Virus record (IMG/VR): IMGVR_UViG_3300035676_000028
Span: 1-30,703 of that record
Source: a virus
Taxonomy: Duplodnaviria; Caudoviricetes
Reading direction: 5' to 3' (one strand)
Length of the DNA stretch: 30,703 nucleotides
The position numbers and the translations under genes are program-made. Positions 1-8,077 of this stretch are shown in pieces. Positions within the stretch are counted from its first letter, which is position 1. Every line of letters begins with the position of its first letter. The notes under the pieces were generated by a model that did not search any database, was not told the DNA's origin, and saw only the letters and a program-made list of their open reading frames with translations.

Positions 1-400
1 CCCATGGCTTGCTCTTGGTCACCATGGCTGGCTGGAACACGACCGGAACACCAGCTTGACGGGCCGCCAGTTCAATCGCGCCTATCAGCCGCGATTCTGG
101 CATGTCACTGTTGATGCGGGTCTTGGCGGCCCAGTGGTACAGCCGCCAGGACTCGACAACGCAGACATCCACCATGGGTAGCACAGCAATTGCTTGGTCA
201 ACTGCGCCCCACATGCCGGTCGCTGTGGCCATGCACACGCCATGCACATTCATGTGGTCGCGCGCGCGAAGTCGTGGTGACGGCAGCCAGGCAAACCCAC
301 TTGTCTCACCAGGGTCAATTGCCAATACCCCCATGTCGCTGGCCAAAACACGCTCCATCAACCTCTGGCCAGGGTCACCCATCAAGGCCATCGCCCACAT
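1..400 (-). CDS. RuvC-like Holliday junction resolvase (runs off the left edge)
   Basis: Not in the ORF track. My translation of the minus strand gives MWAMALMGDPGQRLMERVLASDMGVLAIDPGETSGFAW...VCVVESWRLY...LIGAIELAARQAGVPVVFQPA, with the RuvC-type LAIDPG and VVE catalytic motifs. Start could be ATG at 400, 391 or 382. Confidence 0.8.
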   Translation of the reverse strand, partial: MWAMALMGDPGQRLMERVLASDMGVLAIDPGETSGFAWLPSPRLRARDHMNVHGVCMATATGMWGAVDQAIAVLPMVDVCVVESWRLYHWAAKTRINSDMPESRLIGAIELAARQAGVPVVFQPAMVTKSKPW

Positions 401-659
401 TTGGCTCCTTGCCACCAGGGTCTTCATCAGGCCCAATCCCAGGCACGCCAAGCCGTCGCAGCTCAGCCCGCTTGTTTAGCCAAGCACGGTGGTCAGATGG
501 CGATTTGGGGAAGGATACCCATTTGGTGCCGTCCGGTGGGTATGCCTTCACGTGAGTCTTGCCAACCTCAATCCGCCATCCCGCATCCTCGCACCGTCTG
601 GCTAATGTGAGCATCATGTCATCCTTGATTGCGCCCTTCAGCGCGTCAGACCTTCCCAT
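375..659 (-). CDS. HicA-like (dsRBD-fold) protein
   Basis: GWRIEVGKTHVKAYPPDG...SFPKSPSDHRAWLNKRAELRRLG resembles phage HicA-like proteins. SD GGGGTGA precedes ATGs at 659-665. Confidence 0.6.
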   Translation of the reverse strand: MGRSDALKGAIKDDMMLTLARRCEDAGWRIEVGKTHVKAYPPDGTKWVSFPKSPSDHRAWLNKRAELRRLGVPGIGPDEDPGGKEPNVGDGLDG

Positions 660-936
660 CATCATCACCCCATCTGAATTCAACATCGTCGTGGAATTGG
701 CCCTCAGGCAGCCGTCTCACTCCATGACCACCGTTGTGCGTCAGCTCCTCAACCCTCTTGCTCACTTCAGTCTTGCTGTTGCCATTGCGATAGCCGTTGA
801 ACGCTGCGTCAATCAGCTTACACTCGCATCTGTCTTCCCACCAGACCACGAGCGCAAGAGTGAACGCAATGCCGCCGATGAATGCGCTCAGCCCCACAGC
901 AAACATGTCAACCGCCAATCTCATAGTCGCTGTCAC
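646..936 (-). CDS. Hypothetical membrane protein
   Basis: N-terminal hydrophobic helix (FAVGLSAFIGGIAFTLALVVWW); ATGA overlap with the thyX stop. Confidence 0.6.
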   Translation of the reverse strand: MTATMRLAVDMFAVGLSAFIGGIAFTLALVVWWEDRCECKLIDAAFNGYRNGNSKTEVSKRVEELTHNGGHGVRRLPEGQFHDDVEFRWGDDDGKV

Positions 937-1607
937 TTCAGCCGCTCTTTCATCGGGCAGTCACGGTCATAGATGCTCTCAAACTCGCACTTGCCTGTGT
1001 GAAGGCAGACCGGCACCAGTTCACCAGCCCAGAGCGGGCCCAGCTTGGCATCGACCTCGTGCTTGATGGCGCGCATGACTACTCGCCACTCATCCTGCGC
1101 CTGGAGACACAGACGGTCGCCAGCGACCTTCAGCAGTGTGCGGTAGTCCATCCGCACGCCAATGCGTGTCAGTACATTGGTAGGAAGCAGCCCGCGCGCG
1201 TCTTGGATGTCCACGCCGGCATCGATGAGTTGCTGATAGGCACCCTCAATGGCTTCCAAGCAGCCGTCCCAGGCAACCAACTGCTCTGTCGTGGTGATGC
1301 TTGGACCTCTCAGCACCTTCATGTTCTCAACCTTTGTGAACCTCATTGACTCCTGCGAGAATGAGCAAGTGCGGTGGCGCACCAGCTGGTGGGTGAAGGC
1401 CCGCGACACGCCCTCAATCTGGAACACCAGCTGTACCCACTCAAACACGCCGTTCAGAGCCGTCTTGAATACCTCGCCAACAATCTCAGTTGCTTCGCTC
1501 GCACCGACATCATCGACTGAGTGGCGCATATCACCACGCATGTTCAACACGCCAAGCGCAACAACCTTCTCAGGCTGCTGCGTCCAGCTCACCAAAGTGA
1601 CCTTCAT
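933..1607 (-). CDS. thyX: FAD-dependent thymidylate synthase-like protein (divergent ThyX)
   Basis: RHRx7S signature (HQLVRHRTCSFSQESMR), DARGLLP, RLCLQAQDEW; SD GAGGGTGA. Confidence 0.9.
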   Translation of the reverse strand: MKVTLVSWTQQPEKVVALGVLNMRGDMRHSVDDVGASEATEIVGEVFKTALNGVFEWVQLVFQIEGVSRAFTHQLVRHRTCSFSQESMRFTKVENMKVLRGPSITTTEQLVAWDGCLEAIEGAYQQLIDAGVDIQDARGLLPTNVLTRIGVRMDYRTLLKVAGDRLCLQAQDEWRVVMRAIKHEVDAKLGPLWAGELVPVCLHTGKCEFESIYDRDCPMKERLK

Positions 1608-1621
1608 GGCCGTTCACCCTC

Positions 1622-1834
1622 TCACTCATCGACGGTCTCTGGCTTGACTTCATGTCCGCACTTCCCGCAGCGGTACTGGATGGGCATCGGGCTGACAATC
1701 TCGCGCGTCAGAATGCTGCCATCCTTGATGGTCAGCAGAGCCGTTGTGCTAATGGTCAGCAGCTGAAGATGAGCCTGCTTGCCGTTGAACAGCACGCCGC
1801 ACTTTGGGCACTTGCCAGGGTACACATTCCTCAT
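1622..1834 (-). CDS. Small zinc-ribbon protein
   Basis: CPKC...CGKC pairs; ATGA overlap with the dnaE stop. Confidence 0.7.
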   Translation of the reverse strand: MRNVYPGKCPKCGVLFNGKQAHLQLLTISTTALLTIKDGSILTREIVSPMPIQYRCGKCGHEVKPETVDE

Positions 1835-4800
1835 TCCTCTTCACCCCCAATCAGCTCGATGGTCTGGACAAACAGCATCGTGTCAATCCTAGCTGACTTG
1901 TTCACTCGCGCCACGAACATGTTGCCGGCCCGCAGCAGGGTCTGGAATCTATCATACTGGTCAGGGTCAAACTTCAGCCGATTGGTCTGCGTGCCGTCGC
2001 TGATGTCGATGATTGCGTACCTGCGACCAATCTCCCACCGCTGTGACTTCTGGTCGCCAAAGTCGCCAATCTGGTGTAGGATGACATTCACCATGACGCC
2101 ACGGATGTGCCCGATGCCACCCCTTCCTCGCAGGTCAGCGAGCGGTGCGAAGTCAAAGTCAGGGAATTGCTCGTCAGTCAGGCTGTACAAGGTCTGCTGG
2201 AGCCGTTTGCCGAGTGGGAGTGGGTACTTGTCAGCCCACTCCTGGCCGGCATCGTCAATGTGGACGCGCGAGCCGCCAAACATGTGCAAATCCTCAATCA
2301 GCCCGCGCACCTTCACATTCACGAGCCGCTTGTTGACGCGCTCCTCAAGGTCTGCCATGTCAGCATACGGCTGGTTGGCTGTCAGCTCTGCGACGGTCTT
2401 GTCGCCAATGCCTTTCACACGACTCAGCCCAAGCCTGATACCCTCGCCCTCTGGTATAGCCAGAGACTGCGACAGGTTGATATCGGGCAGCCAGACCGGA
2501 ATGCCCTGCTTGACGGTTGCCTCCAAGGTCTTGCGATACTCCAGGTCATCACCCTCATGGTTGAGCGTGGCGATGTAGAATGCTCTTGGGTGATAGACCT
2601 TGAGCCACATACACCAGTACGCAAGCTGCGTGTAGACATAGGCGTGCGCCTTGTTGAAAGCATATGAGCCAAAGTGGAGCATCTTGTCAAACAGCGCGTC
2701 TGCCATAGCAGCATCGATGCCATTCTTGCCGCAGCCCTCGATGAACACGGCCCGCTGCTTGCCAAAGTCCTCAGTACCATACTTCTTGGCGACCTTCTGG
2801 CGCATCCGGTCGATGTTGGTCGCGCTGTAGCCTGCCATGCGACCAAAGATTTGCATGATTTGCTCCTGGTACACAATCAGGCCCAGGGTATCCTTGGTGA
2901 TGTCGTCATAGGTTGGCTCAAGTGGCGTAACCTTCTGGGCACCCTTCCTGCGAGCGACAAAGTCATTGCAGATGCCAGACCTCATCCCGCCAGGGCGATA
3001 CAGAGCGCACAGAGCCACCAAATCCTCAAAGCCCTCAATGGGCATATCCTGAAGCAGCTTGGTCAGACCGTCACTGGTGAACTGGAACACGCCCATCGTG
3101 TCGCCTCTGTGGAACGCATCCAGCACTTTGGGGTCAGCGTAGTCTAGCGCAACCAAGTCGTCACGCTCCAGCCCCACCATTGTGAGCGCATCCTTGATGA
3201 CTGCTAGGGTCTTGAGGCCCAAGACATCCAGCTTCAAGAATCCCAGCTCATCAATCTCGCCACCCTCAAATGCCACGGTGAGTTTGCCCTCGCCACCGCG
3301 CCGTTCGATGGGCATCACATCAGTGAGTGGGAATGGCGTGACCACCACGCCCGCTGCGTGGATGCCTGGCTGTCGGATGCGACCTTCCAAGACCTCGCAC
3401 GCCGGCAAGACCTCTGGATGGCGCTCAGCAAATCGCCGGCAGACATCAAACTCATCAAATGTGTCGATGACAGTCATTGAGGCCCGTGCGTCACCGCCAG
3501 ACCGCTCGATGATGAACCGCGACACATCCTCAACCTCACGGATTGGGATGTTGTAGACTCGCGACACATCCTTCAAGACCGCTTTGCCCTTCAGTCGGCT
3601 GTAGGTGCCGATGTTGGCCACCCTGTCCTCACCGTACTTGTCGATGATGTACTGCTTGACCTCGTGTCTGCGCCCATCCTCAAAGTCCATGTCGATGTCA
3701 GGAGCCGTTACACGGTCTGGCGCGATGAACCGCTCAAAGATGAGCCCATGCTCAAGCGGGTCTGGGTCTGTGATATGGAGCAGCGCGCAGACCAGCGAGC
3801 CGGCAGCTGAACCTCTGCCTGTGCCATACATGATGCCCTTTGGGATGACACAGTTGTGGTACAGGTCATGGACCACCAGGAAGTAGCGCACAAAGCCCTG
3901 GTCACGTATCTGCCGCAGCTCGTGTCGCAGCCGCTCGTGATATCGCTGGTCAGTGAATTTGTGTTCCCAGCCGCGCGACCGGATGCCCTGTTTACACAGC
4001 TCAACCAGAATCTCAAACTCACCTTCTTCACCATAGGGCGCAGGGATGATGTTGTGCCATTGTGGCCATTCCACGTTACAGCACTCAGAGACCGCGACAG
4101 TGTTGGCGATTGCCTGTTCCACGGCTGCCACGGGCACATCGGGATGATTCAGCAGCATGAGCCGATACATTTGCTCAGCCGTCATCAGGTGGAAGCAGTC
4201 ATCGCCAAACTCCCACATGCGCCCGCCACTCTGGATGCCAAGCAAGACCTTGTGGATGTCGCGGGTTGTCTCCAGGTAGTGAGCGTCAGCGGTCGCCACG
4301 AGTGGTATGTCCAACTCCTTGCTCAGCTTGACCATGCCCACATTGATGACCTGTTGGGCCGGCAGAGTTGTCGGCATAATCTCCAGCCAGAAGCGGTCAG
4401 CGCCGAACACATCCCTCATTGCTACTGCCATGCCTCTGGCAGCCTCATAATTGCCTTGGACTAGGTGTTGGCTGACAATCCCATCCATACAGCCTGACAG
4501 GAACAGCACGCCGTCGCTGAACTCCTTGACCCATGGCAGACACACGCGTGGCCTGTAGTAGAATCCTTCACGCGCGCCCTTGCTCGTCAGCCTGAACAGG
4601 TTCTGAACGCCACCCCAGTTCATGGCAATAGCCGTCATGTGTCGCCTGGACTCGCCCTTGACGCGCGCAGCTGGGTCAGGGACAAGGTACAGCTCCACGC
4701 CAATCAGCGGGTTGATACCTTCCTCACGGGCCGCGCTGTACAGCTGATACGATGAGCCCATGACGCCATGGTCAGTGACAGCGACCGCTGGCTGGTCGTG

Positions 4801-4893
4801 CTCCTTGGCAAAGCCAACAAGGTCGCGCATCCCAAGCATGCCATCCAGCGCGCTGTACTCGCTGTGATTGTGTAGGTTGACGAATGACATCAA
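1831..4893 (-). CDS. dnaE: DNA polymerase III alpha subunit (family C, DnaE-like)
   Basis: PHP domain (LHNHSEYSALDG, TDHG, TADAHY), GRGSAAGS, catalytic PDIDMDF, HAAGVV, KLDVLGL, FNKAHA, HhH (VKGIG), C-terminal OB-like region. Confidence 0.97.
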   Translation of the reverse strand: MMSFVNLHNHSEYSALDGMLGMRDLVGFAKEHDQPAVAVTDHGVMGSSYQLYSAAREEGINPLIGVELYLVPDPAARVKGESRRHMTAIAMNWGGVQNLFRLTSKGAREGFYYRPRVCLPWVKEFSDGVLFLSGCMDGIVSQHLVQGNYEAARGMAVAMRDVFGADRFWLEIMPTTLPAQQVINVGMVKLSKELDIPLVATADAHYLETTRDIHKVLLGIQSGGRMWEFGDDCFHLMTAEQMYRLMLLNHPDVPVAAVEQAIANTVAVSECCNVEWPQWHNIIPAPYGEEGEFEILVELCKQGIRSRGWEHKFTDQRYHERLRHELRQIRDQGFVRYFLVVHDLYHNCVIPKGIMYGTGRGSAAGSLVCALLHITDPDPLEHGLIFERFIAPDRVTAPDIDMDFEDGRRHEVKQYIIDKYGEDRVANIGTYSRLKGKAVLKDVSRVYNIPIREVEDVSRFIIERSGGDARASMTVIDTFDEFDVCRRFAERHPEVLPACEVLEGRIRQPGIHAAGVVVTPFPLTDVMPIERRGGEGKLTVAFEGGEIDELGFLKLDVLGLKTLAVIKDALTMVGLERDDLVALDYADPKVLDAFHRGDTMGVFQFTSDGLTKLLQDMPIEGFEDLVALCALYRPGGMRSGICNDFVARRKGAQKVTPLEPTYDDITKDTLGLIVYQEQIMQIFGRMAGYSATNIDRMRQKVAKKYGTEDFGKQRAVFIEGCGKNGIDAAMADALFDKMLHFGSYAFNKAHAYVYTQLAYWCMWLKVYHPRAFYIATLNHEGDDLEYRKTLEATVKQGIPVWLPDINLSQSLAIPEGEGIRLGLSRVKGIGDKTVAELTANQPYADMADLEERVNKRLVNVKVRGLIEDLHMFGGSRVHIDDAGQEWADKYPLPLGKRLQQTLYSLTDEQFPDFDFAPLADLRGRGGIGHIRGVMVNVILHQIGDFGDQKSQRWEIGRRYAIIDISDGTQTNRLKFDPDQYDRFQTLLRAGNMFVARVNKSARIDTMLFVQTIELIGGEEE

Positions 4894-5414
4894 TATCTCA
4901 CCCCCAGCGCCTTACACACATTGAACGCCACCCCCATAGTCGGCTGGCGGCTGGTATCAATCTCCAGTGTGGGGATGCCCAACTCACCGCAGCGCTCAGT
5001 CAGCCTGATGAACTCTGCCTGGTGAAGCATGAACTCAGACTCGCGCCCTGCCCACTCAGGGTCACGCTGCGCGACCGTTGCGAATGGCGCCCACAGGTGG
5101 ATGAGCCGTATGCGACCGGCATCGGCCATCAGGCCAAGCATCCACTCCTCAACCTCTGCCGGCACATCGCTGTAGACCAGACCGCTGAGCGGCCCTCTGT
5201 CGCAGATTGCGCGGCCACCTAGCAGTCGATGGTGGATGAGCAGGTAGGCATCCTCTTGCCAACTGTTGACGGGCATGCCGTACTGAGCCATGTCAGCATA
5301 GCCAGGCACACAGTCGTGTAGGTGAACAATCTCAGTCCCTGGTAGCCGCGCCTGAAGGTCAAGCGCAAGCGAAGTCTTGCCCGTGCCATCTGTGCCCTCA
5401 ATTATGAAGAGCAC
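4890..5414 (-). CDS. Deoxynucleoside monophosphate kinase (thymidylate kinase-like)
   Basis: P-loop IIEGTDGTGKTS and TMPK-type ICDRGPLSGLVY motif. Confidence 0.8.
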   Translation of the reverse strand: MLFIIEGTDGTGKTSLALDLQARLPGTEIVHLHDCVPGYADMAQYGMPVNSWQEDAYLLIHHRLLGGRAICDRGPLSGLVYSDVPAEVEEWMLGLMADAGRIRLIHLWAPFATVAQRDPEWAGRESEFMLHQAEFIRLTERCGELGIPTLEIDTSRQPTMGVAFNVCKALGVRY

Positions 5415-6487
5415 GCCCTCACCCCTTCCACAATCACATCCATTGCCTCTTCCAGCTCCTCAACCGTGATGGTGAGTGGTGGCGTCAGCTTGAGCGCCTG
5501 GTCTGCGCTGAACACGCCGATAATCACTCCATTGTTCAAGCACCAGTTGCGCAGCCGCCACATATCGCAGTCCAAGTCGGCTGCCACCATCATCCCCTTG
5601 AACCGGATGTCATTGGACACCGATAGCAGCCTGTGTCTCATGTAGTTGCCCATCGCGCGGTAGTGCGTCAGAGACTTCCTATCACCGTGCTCAGACAACA
5701 CAACCTGCATCAGCGCACAAGCCGCTGGGCTGCCGCCAAAGGTGCTGAAGTGGCCACCCTTGGCGATGGTCAAGCCCACAGACATCTTGCCCAGTACGAT
5801 ACCGGCAGGATACCCCATGGCCACGCCCTTGGCGGTACAAAGCATGTCGGGCTGGATGCCATACAGCTGGTGTCCCCAGACCGTACCAAGCCGCAGGAAG
5901 GTCTGAACCTCATCCAAGCAGATGAGGATGTCGTGCTGTCGGCAGTGCGTCAAGAGCCGCGCGACCCACTCAGGGTCATACTCAGCGAAGTCCTTGTTGA
6001 CCATCGCTGGGGTGATGATGACGGCTGCCGCATTGTTGTCGATGTCGCGCGGGTCTTGGAACATCGCGCATCCTGGTAGGAATGGGCCATAGCCGTTGCG
6101 ATGATAGGGCGCACTGAAGCTGGCACTCATCGCGCCGTATGTGCGCCCGTGGAATTCACCCTCATGCGTGTAGATGAGTGTTCGCCCGCTCGCGCGCCTG
6201 GCAAACTTCATCATGGTCTCCACGCCCTCAGTCCCACTATTCACAAAGAATGCCCAGTCAAGCCCTGCTGACTGGGCAAACATCTGTGCTGTGTGCTCAC
6301 GAACCTCTGCTGGCACAATCTGCGGCACGTGCATGGGGTGTTCAATCTCCACATAGCCACAGCTGACTGTACCAGAGTCGCCAAACATGTCGATGTACCA
6401 CTTGTCATCGTCGGTGTGAATGCGCGCGCCCGCTCCACCCTTCCAGGGCGCAATCGGCAGCTCATCGACCAGCAGCGAGCTGAGCAT
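5402..6487 (-). CDS. Class III PLP-dependent aminotransferase (ArgD/OAT-like)
   Basis: NSGTEGVE, FHGRTYG, DEVQT, PDMLCTAKG (PLP lysine), HFSTFGGSP, TPPL. ATG 6487 chosen because it follows the SDR stop and fits an ArgD-like N-terminus; 6511 and 6523 are alternatives. Confidence 0.9.
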   Translation of the reverse strand: MLSSLLVDELPIAPWKGGAGARIHTDDDKWYIDMFGDSGTVSCGYVEIEHPMHVPQIVPAEVREHTAQMFAQSAGLDWAFFVNSGTEGVETMMKFARRASGRTLIYTHEGEFHGRTYGAMSASFSAPYHRNGYGPFLPGCAMFQDPRDIDNNAAAVIITPAMVNKDFAEYDPEWVARLLTHCRQHDILICLDEVQTFLRLGTVWGHQLYGIQPDMLCTAKGVAMGYPAGIVLGKMSVGLTIAKGGHFSTFGGSPAACALMQVVLSEHGDRKSLTHYRAMGNYMRHRLLSVSNDIRFKGMMVAADLDCDMWRLRNWCLNNGVIIGVFSADQALKLTPPLTITVEELEEAMDVIVEGVRACSS

Positions 6488-6491
6488 CCAC

Positions 6492-7145
6492 CTACCGTTG
6501 GGAAGCACCATATTTGGCCCCATCCACTCGCAGTGATGAACCGTTCGCATACCTGCCGGCCCCAAGCAAGAAGCGCACCCACTCGCAGACCTCACTCTTG
6601 GTCATCGGTCTACCGCTGGGTACATTCTTCAGCCGCAGCTCCATCGGCACCGGAGTGGCATTGGACATGTTGGTGTCCTCGATGATGCCTGGGTCAAGCT
6701 GGATGATGTTGTAGCGGCCCGCACCTTCCATAGCAGCAACCCTCGTGAGCATTGATAGGCCTGCTTTGCTCACGCAGTAGGCAGCAGAGTCAGGAGCCGG
6801 CACGTGGGCCGCGCTCGCGCCGATGAGCACGATGTCGCCTGTGGGCCAGTGACGCATGAACTCGCGCACACACAGGAATGCGCCTGTGAGATTCACGTCA
6901 ATCTGCTCCTGCCAGTACATCAGCGGCATCTCAGCGACCTTCCCGCCATGGTACACGCCCGCAGCATACACCATGCCTTCAATGCTGCTCCACCGCTTCT
7001 GCGCAAACTCATCGAATGTGGCAATGACCTGCGCCTCATTGCGCACATCCAGGTCTGGGTTGTTGATGGTGTCCATTCCACCGTGTTTGATGATGTGCTC
7101 GCCCAGACTTCCCTTGGCAGTGCCGATGACAATGTGCTTGTTCAC
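6492..7145 (-). CDS. Short-chain dehydrogenase/reductase (SDR)
   Basis: LDVRN, YAAGV, VNLTG, catalytic YCVSK (YxxxK), PGIIEDTNM, NGSSLRVDG; degenerate Gly-rich motif GTAKGSLG. Confidence 0.9.
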   Translation of the reverse strand: MNKHIVIGTAKGSLGEHIIKHGGMDTINNPDLDVRNEAQVIATFDEFAQKRWSSIEGMVYAAGVYHGGKVAEMPLMYWQEQIDVNLTGAFLCVREFMRHWPTGDIVLIGASAAHVPAPDSAAYCVSKAGLSMLTRVAAMEGAGRYNIIQLDPGIIEDTNMSNATPVPMELRLKNVPSGRPMTKSEVCEWVRFLLGAGRYANGSSLRVDGAKYGASQR

Positions 7146-8077
7146 CGGATGCTCTCCAATCGGTCTACACGGGTGACGCCCTCATGAGTGTCACCCTGGT
7201 TGTACGGTCTGTCAAGCAGGTAGACTGACACGCCGCAGCTGGCCATCCGGTTCGCTTGCTCACGGTTGTCCTCAATGAAGAATGCGATGCGGTCAGCGCC
7301 GTACTCGCGCAGCAGTCGCTCATTCTTGTTCTCATCGAACAGCACGGCATCATGTAGCAAGCCGTTTGTGTCAAGCCACTCCATCGTGTCTGCGAAGATT
7401 CTCTTGTGTTCCTTGTACGGTCGCGCGCTCAACAGCACAACTTTGTGCTTCCTGACCAATCGTACCAGCAGCTCTGTGGCTCCTGTACACACTGGCATAT
7501 ACCTCTTCAGGCCACTTTCACGCCATTCGTGCTTCAGCATGATGAGAGTCTCGCCATCGACACCAAGCCACTCGCCCATGTCCAGCGTGTCTGGCTCCTC
7601 ATCGATGGGGAGCAGTCCCATGTAGTCGGCTGCCCAGTCCACGAATGCGCGCGGATAGTCGGCCAACACGCCGTCGATGTCCACGCCCACGATGAGCCCA
7701 TCCTCAGGCAACCTCAGCTCCTGGCGATACCGCTGCTCCACCACCGCGCTCTTGCGTTCAAACTCATCCGCAATCTCATCGGCGCTGAAGCCCCACGTGG
7801 TGAACAGGCTCAGGCTGAACTTGAGAACATCCACGCACTCCTCAAGCAGATTGGCGCGGATGATGCCGCCACGCTGAGGGCCGCGATGCCCCTTCCAGTT
7901 CAGCTCATCCAAGACCTCATCCAGCTCGCTGTGAAGCCCAAGCACCAAGTCCTTGGTCATCGCAACCTGCTCTGCGAGTGTGGCGTTGTCGTGGTCTATG
8001 AAGTGGCTGTTGAAGTCTCGCTGAACATCGACAAGATGTTGTAGTAGACCTCGTGTGCCAGCCTGTTCTTGTTCCAC
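7142..8077 (-). CDS. Fusion of all-alpha NTP pyrophosphatase (dimeric dUTPase/MazG-like) and HAD 5'(3')-deoxyribonucleotidase
   Basis: N-terminal SELDEVLDELNWKGH...LLEECVDVLKF; C-terminal HAD motifs VDIDGVLAD, LSARP, FIEDN, DRPYN. Confidence 0.85.
   Translation of the reverse strand: MEQEQAGTRGLLQHLVDVQRDFNSHFIDHDNATLAEQVAMTKDLVLGLHSELDEVLDELNWKGHRGPQRGGIIRANLLEECVDVLKFSLSLFTTWGFSADEIADEFERKSAVVEQRYRQELRLPEDGLIVGVDIDGVLADYPRAFVDWAADYMGLLPIDEEPDTLDMGEWLGVDGETLIMLKHEWRESGLKRYMPVCTGATELLVRLVRKHKVVLLSARPYKEHKRIFADTMEWLDTNGLLHDAVLFDENKNERLLREYGADRIAFFIEDNREQANRMASCGVSVYLLDRPYNQGDTHEGVTRVDRLESIR

Noticed and set aside
5402-7145. Aminotransferase and SDR as host chromosomal genes at a prophage boundary
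   Set aside because: They overlap or abut phage replication genes on both sides, share the GATC avoidance, and no integrase or att site is visible.
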